Shown here: positions 23,791 through 35,702 of the stretch, in pieces
Numbering within the stretch: the stretch's first letter is position 1
Layout: each line of letters begins with the position of its first letter
Origin: Asterias rubens
Lineage: Eukaryota
Length of the DNA stretch: 64,000 nt
Assembly (NCBI RefSeq): GCF_902459465.1
Contig: NC_047068.1
Location: forward strand, 1,736,001 to 1,800,000
Reading direction: 5' to 3'
The notes under the pieces: model-generated
The model's database searches: none
What the model was told of the DNA's origin: nothing
Seen by the model: only the letters and a program-made list of their open reading frames with translations
Translations under genes and position numbers: made by a program

Positions 23791-23832
23791 GTGAGTTCAA
23801 GTCTGGTGCCAAAAGAATGTGGCTTTGCTTAA

Positions 23833-24103
23833 GGGCTCTGGACACTATTGGTGATTCCTCAACAACAAAAATTGAATAAAAATCTACTTGGTAAACAGCA
23901 ATGGAGAGTTGTTGATAGTAGAAACAGCTCCCTCTGAAGTAACATAGTTTTTAAGAATGAGGTAATTTCTCACACAAATATTAAAAGACTTCATTCTCTT
24001 GCAACTTCGATTAGCAATTTCACAGATTTGTTATTTTATGCACATGTTCGATGTTGGGACAGGAATACTGGTCTTTGGCAATTACCAAAGGTGTCCAGTG
24101 CCA
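23833..24103 (+). mobile_element. Kolobok-like MITE family A, short variant
   Basis: TTAA|GGGCTCTGGACACTATTGGT ... AATTACCAAAGGTGTCCAGTGCC. Confidence 0.75.
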
Positions 24104-24154
24104 TAAACATATGAGTTTAGTTTTAAAGAGCTCACTCTTTAAAAAGAAGTGGAA

Positions 24155-24540
24155 GTGTCGTTAAGAGCACCAAATTCAAACTCTGGTGTTTCTGATCAGC
24201 AGAGTGTGGGTTTGAATCCCCAGCCATGACACTTGTGTCCTTAAGCAAGACACTTAACCATTGCTTTGTCCTTCGGATGGGACGTAAAGCCGTTGGTCCC
24301 ATGTGTTGTGTAACGCATGTAAAAGAACTCAGTGCACTTATCGAAAAGAGAAGGGGTTTGCCCCGGTGCTCCTGGCTGTGGCTGCTGTATGCGCCGTAGC
24401 ACCTAAGAGTTGGGTCTCAGAATCCATCACTGCAATAACCTATCTTTCTGAAAGTTTGTGTATACTCAGCGCCTTGAGTACCTTGTTTGGTAGATACGTG
24501 CGCTATATAATACTTCAATATTATTATTATTATTATTACT
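24155..24540 (+). mobile_element. tRNA-Leu-like SINE with Deu-domain-like core
   Basis: gtccttcggatgggacgtaaagccg...atgtaaaagaactcagtgcactt..gaaaagagaaggggtttgccccggtgctcctggc; (TAT)n tail; degenerate copy at about 26484-26715. Confidence 0.75.
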
Positions 24541-25272
24541 TCAGTAGCATTAGGTAGAGCACTAATGGTGTACACAGTCAGCAAATAGTTAGCTTCAAAC
24601 TTCTGCAATGCCTTTAGTATTCAACCCTTGCAGAGATTATTCGTTTGGGAAGCACTCTCATTTTAGATTGTAAACAGTTTACAACAGCTAGTCCCTTTTT
24701 TTAAGAAGTTATCTTTAGGTTCGTGAGTAACTGTTCTTCTGATTGAACAAGTGATTATGTTTTGTACAAGGGCTCGAAATTTACACTAGTTCGCAGGCTC
24801 AAGGCCAGTTGTTTTAGCATTGAGCCAGTAAATTCATGATTGGACGAGTCTGCTGGCTTTGTGTCTTTGTTCAAATGTTGACTTTCAGTCTGATAAATCT
24901 CTCCCAATTTTGTTCAGTACTGAAGAATACTTACCCATAATAGAAATGAGATAAATCTTCTCGTAATGCTTGTTCAAATTAAAACATTTTAGGGATTGTT
25001 ATCTCATTTCAATTCTGGTCTTAAACTGTACACTCTTGTAAATCCCCCCCCCCCCAATTGCAGCCTTGCTTCACTTTCCTTGACCAATCTGCTACTTGCA
25101 GTGCTCTACAGTCATGACAGTTCTGATCTTTATTTATTTTCAATAAGTCTAGAACTTGATGTAAGCCAATGAAAATGTCTGGTTATGCAACTGCCATTAC
25201 CCATCTTTGGATCAAGTCAATATGTGTGAATAATTTAAGGGGATTTTGTTTCTGTTTTGTTCACATGTACAG

Positions 25273-25443
25273 AACCGAGGTGCTAATTTCTCCCTGCAGC
25301 AAGGTCATGCTAATGTCATAGCACCAAGCAAGAGACCGTTTCATACAATCATTCCTGGTATGATTACCGCAGCTGATACCGGAGCATTATTAGCGCCATT
25401 TGGTGTCATGGGCAAATTCATGCAGCCTCAAGGCCAGATACAG
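25273..25443 (+). CDS. GGT: GGT exon 8, NRGANFSL...[11 protein letters not shown]...[15 protein letters not shown]
   Basis: [13 protein letters not shown] and GVMG.FMQPQG motifs of YwrD-type GGT. Confidence 0.96.
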
Positions 25444-26170
25444 GTTAGTTTGGACAAATAATAACATACTGTAAAAGGGTCTAGATAGACGATGTGAACT
25501 GTGACATCACATGTTTACAAAAGAGCCACCAAGCCTGGAGTTCCTGCAGGCACGATTTGTAACAGCCCAATGGAAGGAAACGTAAAATCTTTATTTTATG
25601 GAGATTGCATTGTCCAATTCTTATCAACTTTTGATATAATGAAAGAGGACACATCTCAAAACTTGTCCAGCTTTTACTTTCATAACAGTGGTTTTATGTG
25701 GAAAATGTCACAAAATGTCAACTTTTCCATATGACCAGTGCAGTAACTTACCTGCCAGACGAGCTAAAGAATGTACAAGGTCACACTTATTGTAAACAAA
25801 GTTCACATGGTCTATACCCTCAGTATTACTCTGAAATAAATGGAAATGACAAACTTACTTGGTGAGAAGTACAGCAATTTTGGATTGTATATAAGGCGTT
25901 TGGAGAAACTTTTCACTTCAAAGTACTGCGGTAATGGAAACAGATTTAACTTTTTATCCCCCCAAAAATTAATCTGAGAAGGGTTACTGACAGTAACTTT
26001 TTTTCAGATTGTGTAATCCACTTAAAACTATTCTTCCTGCATGGACATAACTGCTCAAGATTTTCGGCAACATCTCAAACTACTACCCCTTGAAATGAAA
26101 ATTTCACAGGTTGGTTTCATGTTCACATATCTATAACTATATAAGATTGAAATCAATATTGTGTTCCAAT

Positions 26171-26312
26171 GGGAGACTTTCTGGGACGATAGAGGGCAGC
26201 AGACTTACCGGGTAAATCCATTGTTCTTAGAATTATGCGCATGTTCAGAACTACGTAAACAATGGAAATTTACCCGGTATGTCTGCTGCCACCTAGCGTT
26301 AGAAAGTCTCCT
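26171..26312. mobile_element. 142-bp foldback MITE family H, second copy
   Basis: Nearly identical to 4304-4445; AT flanks. Confidence 0.9.
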
Positions 26313-26870
26313 ATTACCTATCCTATAATCCCTCTGAAGACAATAAAAAGAATAAGTAACTATAAAATTTTCAGTGATCACGTGTAAATACCTCTGTCTG
26401 TAATACTGTGAAGATCCACAAATCACAGTTAGTTGCCTAATTCAGCAACCAAAATAAGCCAAATCCTTAACAGAAACAAGTGGAGTTTGGTGCCCGAGCA
26501 GTCTCATGTACCAGACTCAAACTCTGGTATTATCAGAGTGTGGGTTTTGAGTCCTGGTCCTGACACTTGTGCCCTTTAGCAAGATATATAAACCATTATT
26601 GCTTTGTCTGTTGGATGGGACGTAAAGCTATTTGTTCAGTTTCTTGTGCAATGCACAAAAATAACCCAGTACTTTTAGCATTAAAAGAAGTGGTTTGCCC
26701 CTGAATGTCTGGCATGGTTTGTGTACAAAAATGAGTCTTAAATTCAATCAAAAGTCTGCATCCCTATTTTAAAACTAAGTAGCATATTCGGACACTCGTC
26801 AAAGGCCCTTTTAAATGTTGATGGGTTTTAAGTTGCAAACTTGAATTTGGGTCATTTTCTTTCTTTCCAG

Positions 26871-27200
26871 GTTCTATTGAGTATGTCAGAATTTGGAATG
26901 AATCCCCAACAAGCCTTAGACAACCCTCGCTTCCTTGTTGACATTGAGCAGACTGGAGTATCCGGTAAGGTGTATGTAGAAGATGGATTCAGCAGTGAAG
27001 TTATTCAGGAGCTACGCTCTATGGGTCATGATATCATTGGGCCAGTCATTGGATGGGATAGAGGTAACTTTGGGAGGGGTCAAGTAATTACCATGAGTGA
27101 CTGGTGGGCTAATAAAGACACTGCTTCAACTGAGTTTGGTGAAGTCTTACTACATGCAGGTAGTGATATCAGAGGAGATGGGGTACCAGTCGGTTATTAA
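26871..27200 (+). CDS. GGT: GGT exon 9 (terminal), VLLSMSEFGMNPQQALDNPRF...FGRGQVI...GSDIRGDGVPVGY*
   Basis: PQ.ALD.PRF, FGRGQ and GSD.R.DG motifs; summed exon length 1710 nt = 569 aa + stop. Confidence 0.96.
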   Translation, partial: VLLSMSEFGMNPQQALDNPRFLVDIEQTGVSGKVYVEDGFSSEVIQELRSMGHDIIGPVIGWDRGNFGRGQVITMSDWWANKDTASTEFGEVLLHAGSDIRGDGVPVGY

Positions 27201-27385
27201 AGACACTGGACACTATTGGTAATTGCCAAAGACCAGTCTTCTCACTTGATGTATCTCTCATAAAATAACCAACCTGTGAAAATTTCAGCTCAATCGGTCG
27301 TCGAAGTTGCGAGATAAACTATGAAAGAATAAAACACCCTTGTCACACGAAGTTGTGTGCTTTCAGATGCTTGATTTCGGAACCT
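27201..27385 (-). mobile_element. Truncated family A MITE starting immediately after the GGT stop codon
   Basis: TAT TAA|AGACACTGGACACTATTGGTAATT; TTAA is 27197-27200. Confidence 0.85.
27328..27333 (+). terminator. Candidate GGT polyadenylation signal AATAAA inside the MITE
   Basis: First AATAAA after the stop; GU-rich tract follows. Confidence 0.4.
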
Positions 27386-27981
27386 TTTCGGAACGGTTAA
27401 GGGTCTTGCTAAAGGAAAAAAGTGTCACAATCGGGCCTCGAACCTACACACTACTGAACAGAAAGATTCAGAGCTTAAGCGCGGTGCTAATATCCGCTTG
27501 GCCAGGACATGCCAAACTAATGTAGTGCTTGTTTTGTTGTATAGAAGGCTCATAAAAAAACCTTTAACATTCTGCATCAATCTCCATCTGTTTTGTCAAT
27601 TCCTATTGTTTTAGCAATTAAGTGGCAAGCCTCCTGTTTATTTAATGAGAAATGTTCTCAAAGAGTATTTTTCACTTTCTGTAAATCAATGAATGGAAAA
27701 GTAAGGCATATTGTTTCTTACAGAGAAAGGCGTACAATCTGTGTTTGTCTTTTTATGTTTTTGAAAGGGAACCAAGTTATAAACTTTCCTTGAACATAGC
27801 AGTTCAGATATAACTTCCCCATAACAATTGATATGAGTATGTATTTGTTAAATGATGTGCTAATTGTGTCACATGAAAAGTGCACCCTGATTGGTTTTAT
27901 CTAGGGTGAAACTAAATTATAAAACAATATTATATCATATTATATTATATTTGATTTGTTATATTGTAGCAAATTATATAT

Positions 27982-28340
27982 TTTTTGACGATGACTAGAG
28001 CAAGCCTAGTCGAAACGTTGAGCAAGCTAATCGAAACGTTGAGACCAATTAAGAACTGACTCCGCGGTAGTGCAGTTATAACGATCATTATAAGCTAAAG
28101 TAATAGTCCAAGCCGATTGTTCTACCTTCCGCCCGGGTAGTAGTTAAAAAGCAGGACAGTTCTTTTCAAAACTGAGAAGTCTCCCGAAAAAAATCCGAAA
28201 AATCTACTGCACGGTAGTTGAATATATAGCAAGACAGTTCTTTAAAGAATTAACTCTACCTGGCAAGTAATAATTTTGTATATACATGGTGTTATACCGC
28301 AAACAAAATATATATTGATACCTCACCATGCAATGCCTCA
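27982..28340 (+). mobile_element. Penelope-like fragment with degenerate hammerhead motif at 27985-28022
   Basis: TTGACGA-T-GACTAG-loop-CTAGTC-GAAACGTT-GAG; downstream segment related to about 14290-14400 and 20270-20360. Confidence 0.5.
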
Positions 28341-28722
28341 AATCATTGTAATAAATTGCTAATATAATCTGTTTCATTACAGCAGCCTTTAAGGCTGAAT
28401 ATAGTATTTATAATCATCAGAAAAATAATGAGTTTCAAGCTGAAAGGTCATTGAATATAATAATAAATGTTTCTTCGATTGTTTCATCAATCAAAATAAG
28501 GATGTTATTTAAAGGCAGTGGACACTATTGGTAATTACCCAACCTATTTCAAATAGGGACCACTGGCCAAGATTTTTTTGTGAAACTGCCATTAAATTCC
28601 AGTTTAATGATATTTAAGCAATTGTATACAGAGTTATTTGTTTGTTTGTGTTTCGGGAAGAACATTCAGTAGTTTGATGTAGTGCCTACACAGATTGCCG
28701 GTGCCCCTATATTGTCCTTTAT

Positions 28723-29075
28723 AGGGCACTGCACACTATTGGTAATTACTAAAAACAATTGTTAGCATAACAACTTACTTGACAACGAGCATTGTAGAGC
28801 TATTGATAGTATAAATCATTGTGAGAAACGGCTCCCTCTGAAGTAACATAGTTTTTGAGAAAGAGGTAGTTTCTCAATAAAAATAGGCTTCAACTGAAAC
28901 CTTTCATTATGCATCTGAAAGCACACACATTTTTGCAACAATGGTGTTTTTTTTCAACCATTATTCTCTTGCAACTTCGATGACCAGTTGAGCTCAAATT
29001 TCCACAGGTTTATTATTGTATGCTATGTTGGGATACACCAAGTGAGAAGACTGGTCTTTGACAATACCAAACAAG
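28723..29075 (+). mobile_element. Kolobok-like MITE family A variant, eroded right end (left-TIR fragment also at about 28514)
   Basis: AGGGCACTGCACACTATTGGTAATT and family A body. Confidence 0.7.
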
Positions 29076-29445
29076 CTGCTGAACTCGTATACGTCAACGT
29101 TTTTTAAAAAGATTATTTGAGATTCACATCTTGAAATATTTGTCTTCTTTTCTAGCAACTCTGATCTGCAGTGAACCTTTTTACTAGCCACATAAGACTT
29201 ATTTTTGAAAGCAAGTGTTTAATAACTGGGGACTCTTAAAATTAATGGCAAAAATTAATTGGTTTAAGTAGGGCTTCATCAGCTTTTGAAAGCATAAAGA
29301 ATGTTGGGGATCATTTCACTTTCGAAGTACTGCGGTTATGGAAACAAATATATCAGTCTTTAATCTGCTCCTGTATTTATATACATTTATGTAGGATTAA
29401 AACAAAAAAATGGCTCAAAAAACCAAAGGTTGACTTTGCCTTTAA

Positions 29446-29827
29446 AGACACTGGACACCATTGGTAATTGCCAAAGACCAGTCATATCACTTGGTGTATC
29501 TCAACACATGCACAAAATAACACACCTGTGAAAATTTGAGCTCAATCGGTCGTTGAAGTTGCGAAATATACATGAAATTTAAAAAAACACTTGTGACACG
29601 TAGTTGTGTGCTTTCAGATGCTTGATTTCGAGACCTCAAATTCTAATTCTGAGGTCTCGAAATCAAATTTGTGGAAAATTACCTCTTTCTCGAAAACTAC
29701 ATTACTTCAGAGGGAACCGTTTCTCACAATGTTTTATACTATATCAACCCTCTCCCCATTACTCGTTACCGAGAAAAGTTTTATGCTAATAAATATTTTG
29801 AGTAATTACCAATAGTGTCCACTGCCT
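29446..29827 (-). mobile_element. Kolobok-like MITE family A
   Basis: TTAA 29442-29445 shared with an upstream element ending GACTTTGCCT. Confidence 0.85.
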
Positions 29828-30289
29828 TTTAGAGTCTTTAGTCTAATTCTAATTTTCATTATGTTCTTTGACCTAGTTAATATAGTTGGAATTGTTCATA
29901 ATTGCTCTTTAAAAATACATCACAAGATCTGGAACTTTTAAAAAAATACATAATTTGCCGCCTGCATTGCGGTTCGTGTTGGCAATTCGTCATAATATGT
30001 ACGCACCATTGAAGTCGTCTTGTACAATACCAGGTTAATTTTAGACCTTCTTAAAATAGAAAAGGTTATTTTAAGAAAATAGTCGAGTCTCGCGCCTGAC
30101 TGATATATATATTTGTTTGTGAATTACTGGACATCCTTTGCGTGTGACATACACCTAGGCAGAAGGATGTTGCATTACTGACCGCTAATAGTTCTCTGGA
30201 GTTTAGTAGACGGATATTAAATTAGCTATCATCTGAAGGTAGTGTCCCTGTTTATGAAATTCATGTGTTTGTTATTGTACAGACTTTAA

Positions 30290-30666
30290 AGACACTGGAC
30301 ACTATTGGTAATTGTCAAAGACCAGTCTTCTCACTTACTGTATCTCAACAAAGGCATAAAGAAACACACCTGTGAAAATTTCAGCTCAATTGGTCGTCGA
30401 AGTTGCGAGTTAACCATGAAAGAAAAAAACACCCTTGTCACACAAAGTTGTGTGCTTTCGAATGCTTGATTTCGAGACCCCAAGTTCTAAATCTGAGGTC
30501 TCGAAATCAAATTCGTGGAAAATTACTTCTTTCTTGAAAACTACATTACTTCAGAGGGAGCCGTTTCTCCCACTCTTTTATACTAACATCCTCTCCCCAT
30601 TCGTTACCAAGTAAGGTTTTATGATAATAATTATTTTGAGTAATTAACAATAGTGTCCACTGCCGT
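30290..30666 (-). mobile_element. Kolobok-like MITE family A
   Basis: TTAA flanks and both TIRs. Confidence 0.85.
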
Positions 30667-31569
30667 TTAACATTCAACAGTTTTAAGGGGCAAATTTCAG
30701 ATAAATGAGCAACTGGTATGGTTCCAAATATAAGTCGCCTGCTCATTATTATAAAGTCATTGGTGCGATTTGTATGGGTTTCAGGTTTCATTAAATTGCT
30801 TTTTCATATTTTAAAGCTCCTAGTCAAGAGTGTTCGCCAAAGCATTTGTTTGGAGAAAAGCAAACATTCATTTTCTAAGAAAAACATTATTTTTTATTTT
30901 TTATTGTGATGAATTTTATAAGCATTTTTAATTTCATTTATACCTTTGATGAGATTGCAATTAATTCTGAACAGACGAAATATTCACATATTAGCAAATA
31001 AATCACATGGTAAATCACATGGTTTCCTGCCGAAAAAAATTAAAAAATTGAGAAATGAGTTTAACAATATTAGTTTTAGTCCAATTTGATGTTTGAAAAC
31101 AGTGCTGGGTTTTGGCACCATTTATCCAATGACCGTCTGAGCAACTTTCACAGGTTTGTTTTTTGATGTATGGTGGGTTACCGAAAGTGCAATTTTACTG
31201 GTCTTTGAAAATTACGAATGTTGGCCGCGTGCTTTAAGATGTGTTTTGTTCAATTTTTCTCCTTGGAAAATAAAACAATCCTCGTGAGCAAAAAGCACTT
31301 GACTGTGATCTATTTTAGACGAACAAAACGGTGTGTAATTTTAACAATTGTCAGTTTCTATTGCATTGTGGTTTCATTGCATGTTTTTGAAAAGGTATTA
31401 TTCAAAGCATAACGACGAACAGTGTAGACATTCTTCTCAGAATAAATCAACAATATGGATTGTACAATACTTATTAATGGTCAGGTTGCAACAGATCACT
31501 AAAAATCAATTTTGAGGTTGGGTAATAAAATCTGCTTAACATAAAGATGATCTAATAATAATATGCAGA

Positions 31570-31850
31570 GAAAGCGCGACCGGGTAGTTGACTGGGCGCA
31601 TGCTCACTTAGCATCGACAGGGACGGGGCAAGAAGGAGGCGGGGGGGTATGCATGCGTTAACCATACAGCATTGACGTCAGAGACTGACGCTGTGCGCAA
31701 ATTGCGGAGTTGTCTATCAGCTGAAGATGCCTTGCAAACATTGCCACGCGACTACAGGACTAGAGTGTAGTCTATACGGTGCTAGCATCACCACGATCGC
31801 CGTGTAGAGATGAGGACGGGTTGACCCCAGCTGCCCATCCCACTTATACA
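31570..31850. promoter_or_regulatory. CpG-rich putative FBXL16 promoter
   Basis: GCGCATGC (NRF1-like) at 31596-31603, GC-box-like GGCGGGGG at about 31638, perfect CRE TGACGTCA at 31673-31680; about 0.5 kb upstream of the FBXL16 ORF. Confidence 0.55.
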
Positions 31851-32234
31851 ATGACCTGCCTTCAGTAACGTACGAACATTTTGCTTATACATTGTGTCTA
31901 CGGCTCCTGAATGCATAGTTTCATCATTACTCTCATTATTCCCGTCTTGTCTTCAACTTGATTTGTGTATGCTGCGAGAGAAAAACATTTCAATCAACGA
32001 CTATTTCATCTCAATGGATGGAGATGACTGCGATGTATTAAAATACACACGGAATAGTGCTGCTACATCTGCACTGTGTATTTAGAATATGGCGGTTTTG
32101 TCGTTATGCAAATAAAACGGACTGAATTAGTACATGATTCTCGTCATTACATGCGTTACAAGCCGGGTTAAAATAATCTTCGAAATTAAAATCGACTGTG
32201 AGTTCTGTGTGTGTGTACCAGCAGTGTACGCTGT

Positions 32235-33562
32235 ATGAATATTAATGCGCAAGGCCTGCCAGCATTGATCATACTTAATGAGCAAAGGGAGAGCCATTCA
32301 ATATTCTACGAGGATGTTTGCAATGATGAAGATGCAGTCTGGCAGCCAGTGCTATGGAAACAGTACTGCATAAGCCGCCACACCAAGCTGCCTTCATTCG
32401 CTATGAATGGAATCTCGGAACCGACGAGCACTGATAACAACAATACGACAAGCAAAATTGGTGGTGTGCTTAGCAATCACGCGGCGGAGGAGGCGGGTTT
32501 GAACGCCAAGACTGGTGGTGATATAGAGCCGGATACAGACACCCAGCTGTCTGCTACGACCTCAGGAACACTCAAGATGGAATCGTCAGACATTACTAAG
32601 GGCAAGGAGGGTAGTGAAACAGCACCAAAGAAAACACTCATTAATGGCAAGTCCAAGAGGCTACCCTTCACCCGGATGTTGAGCGCTAAGACTTTGCAAG
32701 AGCTCATGCAAGATGATCAATTCTTGCTGAGACTCTTCGCGTGTTTTACACCCTTCGAAAAATGTGTGTTAGCTCAGGTGTGCCACAGATGGAAGGATTT
32801 ACTGTACCAACCGAAATACTGGCAGCTCGTTACTCCAATCATTCATAAGAGAGATCTCTACGATGAGACAGAGGATACTCATAAGTCTTTCACATCATTG
32901 GCAAGCTTTGAGCAGCGTGGTTTTGAGTCTGTGTGTCTGGTAAGTGTCTCTGATCTGGACATCTGTGAGTTCATCGACCATTGCCCCAAGACCAAGAAGA
33001 CCCTGAAAGCAGTGAGTTTGAAACGCTCGACGGTCACTGATGCAGGCTTGGAGGTGATGTTGGAGCAACTGGGATCTGTAGAATCTCTGGAGCTCAGTGG
33101 CTGCAACGATTTCACAGAAGCAGGTTTATGGTCAAGTCTCCAGCCACGTATAGTCTCTCTGAGCATCAGTGATTGTATTAGTGTTGCAGATGAAAGTGTG
33201 GCAGCTGTAGCACAGAGGCTGCCCAACTTACGGGAACTTAACCTACAGGCGTACCATGTGACGGATAGCCTACTGGCCTACTTCCCTGCCAGACCAAACA
33301 GCAGCATGGCTGTGCTGCGTCTGAAATCCTGCTGGGAGCTTACCAATCATGCTGTGGTCAACATAGTGCAGTGCCTGCCCCAGCTTAGCGTGCTTAGCCT
33401 ATCTGGCTGCAGTAAGATCACAGACGAAGCTGTAGAGCTAATTGCTGAGAATATGAGTCAGTTGAAATCCTTGGATCTCTCGTGGTGCCCTAAAATTACT
33501 GATTCTGCCCTGGAGTATGTGGCATGTGATCTGCCTAAGCTGGAGGAACTGGTGCTCGACAG
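32235..33562 (+). CDS. FBXL16: FBXL16 first coding exon (F-box plus most LRRs)
   Basis: [66 protein letters not shown] match FBXL16; AG|gtaagt donor. Start uncertain: first ATG at 32235, alternative at 32403 (ORF track starts at a GTG). Confidence 0.93.
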
Positions 33563-34299
33563 GTAAGTTTCTAGTCGGATTCATGCATTGACGAAAATTA
33601 TTCAAAATCTTTGTAAATTCAGTTTAAGAAGACCGGAAACACTTCTCCTGGTGCAACATGACATTTTTGGTGCAACATGACCTTTTTGGTCCAGTTTCGG
33701 AAGATTAACATAATATATTCATTTGATGTTTCCTTCATGTAGGCATATAGGTATGAGATATGGGCCTATAATATTAATAACAAAAATGTTATCATAAAAA
33801 TGTCTTTGTTGAGGTACACACTATTTCATGTTCTTCATCATCTTGTACCAGTTTCCTGTAATCTTAAGGGATGAGTTAATCCATTTCAATGCTTGTGTTT
33901 TGTTTCCAATTAGTTCATACCTTAATTGTCACTTTTGAAAACATTATAACAGGTGCTCGCATCTTAGTGAAGAGTAACAACTTCTCCATCACTTCAGTTG
34001 TTCTCAAAATGGAGAACATTTAAGATTAGAAAATTGGATGGTCGTTGCTATGCCAACTATTCACAAAGAGCAGACTCAAATCCTTCGTAGATCGATGGTC
34101 AATTATAAACATACCATCCCTTTGGGGGTTTACCATATAGTGTCAATGTTCAACATTCGCAATTAAGATTGCGTCAGGTCATAGAGGGTGAAACTCTATG
34201 AGTTCGTTCCCTCCATAATCTTAAAGTTTGAGTCGCCATTAGGAAACACAAGAATCCGTTTGGTGACAGCAAACTAAATGATGTACAAAATTCCCAGTA

Positions 34300-34490
34300 A
34301 GATCGTAGATTTCCCAACATGGTGTTATATGATACTACCAATCGCTCTACAAGAGGACGCAAGCAAAAACTTGGGAAGATGCCCACCAAGACTGTATTGA
34401 TAATAATTTCTTTCAAATAACAATCAGAGACTGGAACAGCCTTCCACCAAACATTGATTTGGCACCCAACTATCGCAGTCGCACTCTGCA
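34300..34490 (+). mobile_element. Decayed CR1/L2-like LINE ORF2 C-terminus
   Basis: Plus-strand STRGRKQKL and FQITIRDWNSLPPNI resemble the TRG...RTIRDWNSLP end of these ORFs. Confidence 0.55.
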
Positions 34491-35702
34491 TTCAGGAAAA
34501 CTCTGTTTGATCTTTGTAGTTTTGTAGTTTAGACATTTATTCCAAAATTGGCAACAACAAACAAAAGCATAAAATGCAATTCAAGCATTATACAGTCTAC
34601 ATAATTGAAACATTATTATAACATGGCTAAAGACACTCCTTTTGAAGCATAGTGCTTTTAAAAAAATTACCCTGGGACAGACAAGACAGACAAATGGGGA
34701 GAATTGAATGATCACCCTTACCCTTGTGACGTGAAAACCAAACTAAGTTACACAAGTTGGTGTAGCTTTTCCACTAGGAAGCTTTGTCAACCATAAAGAT
34801 TCAGATTCAGAAAGCTAGTGGTCCAGGCCCGTCTGCAACGTCATCCCTCACCAACCACGTCACACTTGTCTTATTATTGAGGAGAGGACATTCTGTGAGA
34901 CATATTCTGCATCATTACATCCTCATTTCAAGACTTAATGATGGACAATGTTTGATGTAACCCTTTGACTCAATGTCATGACGTCAGTATTTATGACGTC
35001 AGGTCGCCAGCAAAATCGTGGTTGTAAAGTGACATAAGTATCAACATTAATTAATGTATGTTAAAAATCAAAAATAGAACGGAACTAGTTATAAGTAACC
35101 TAAGGCAAAGGTTATAGTGGGTTCCCATGTGTCATAAACATGGGCATTGTCACCGTGTTTACTTTATTGCTCATTAGTTGAGATATAATGATATGCAAAA
35201 TTATATTGGAAGGTGGCTGAAAACGCCTTTGAAAAAATTGGTACTAACTGCTTTTGAAATCAGTAAAATCTATTTTGGCGCAAAAATCTCGCTGGATCCA
35301 AATAATTTTACATACATTTGCCTAATTTCTGTGCTCAACAGAATCAGAAGTTCAATGTGCGTGTATATGCTATAGAACAGAAACCACTGCGGTCCATTGC
35401 CGTAGCTAGCCATTGTGTCATCATCAACTACATCTCTAGTCCATTAACCATCACACAGTGTCTGTGTGACCATGACACGACAGACAACAATTAGCTTCTG
35501 CATTCATTAAATCATCTCAAACAAAGATGCTGCTTGCCAACAGTACTTTCCTGCTGTATTATAACAATTGAAATCTATGGATTTGTGAACGGTAATTGTA
35601 TCCAAGGCCAATTCAGATTCAAAACAGAATAGTTTGTTTTAAGGCATTGTCTTCTTTTATTTTATTTTGATAACACACATAATAAATTAATAGGCCCTTT
35701 AA

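Noticed and set aside
32477-33226. Two antisense ORFs overlapping FBXL16
   Set aside because: Shadow ORFs of the coding strand.
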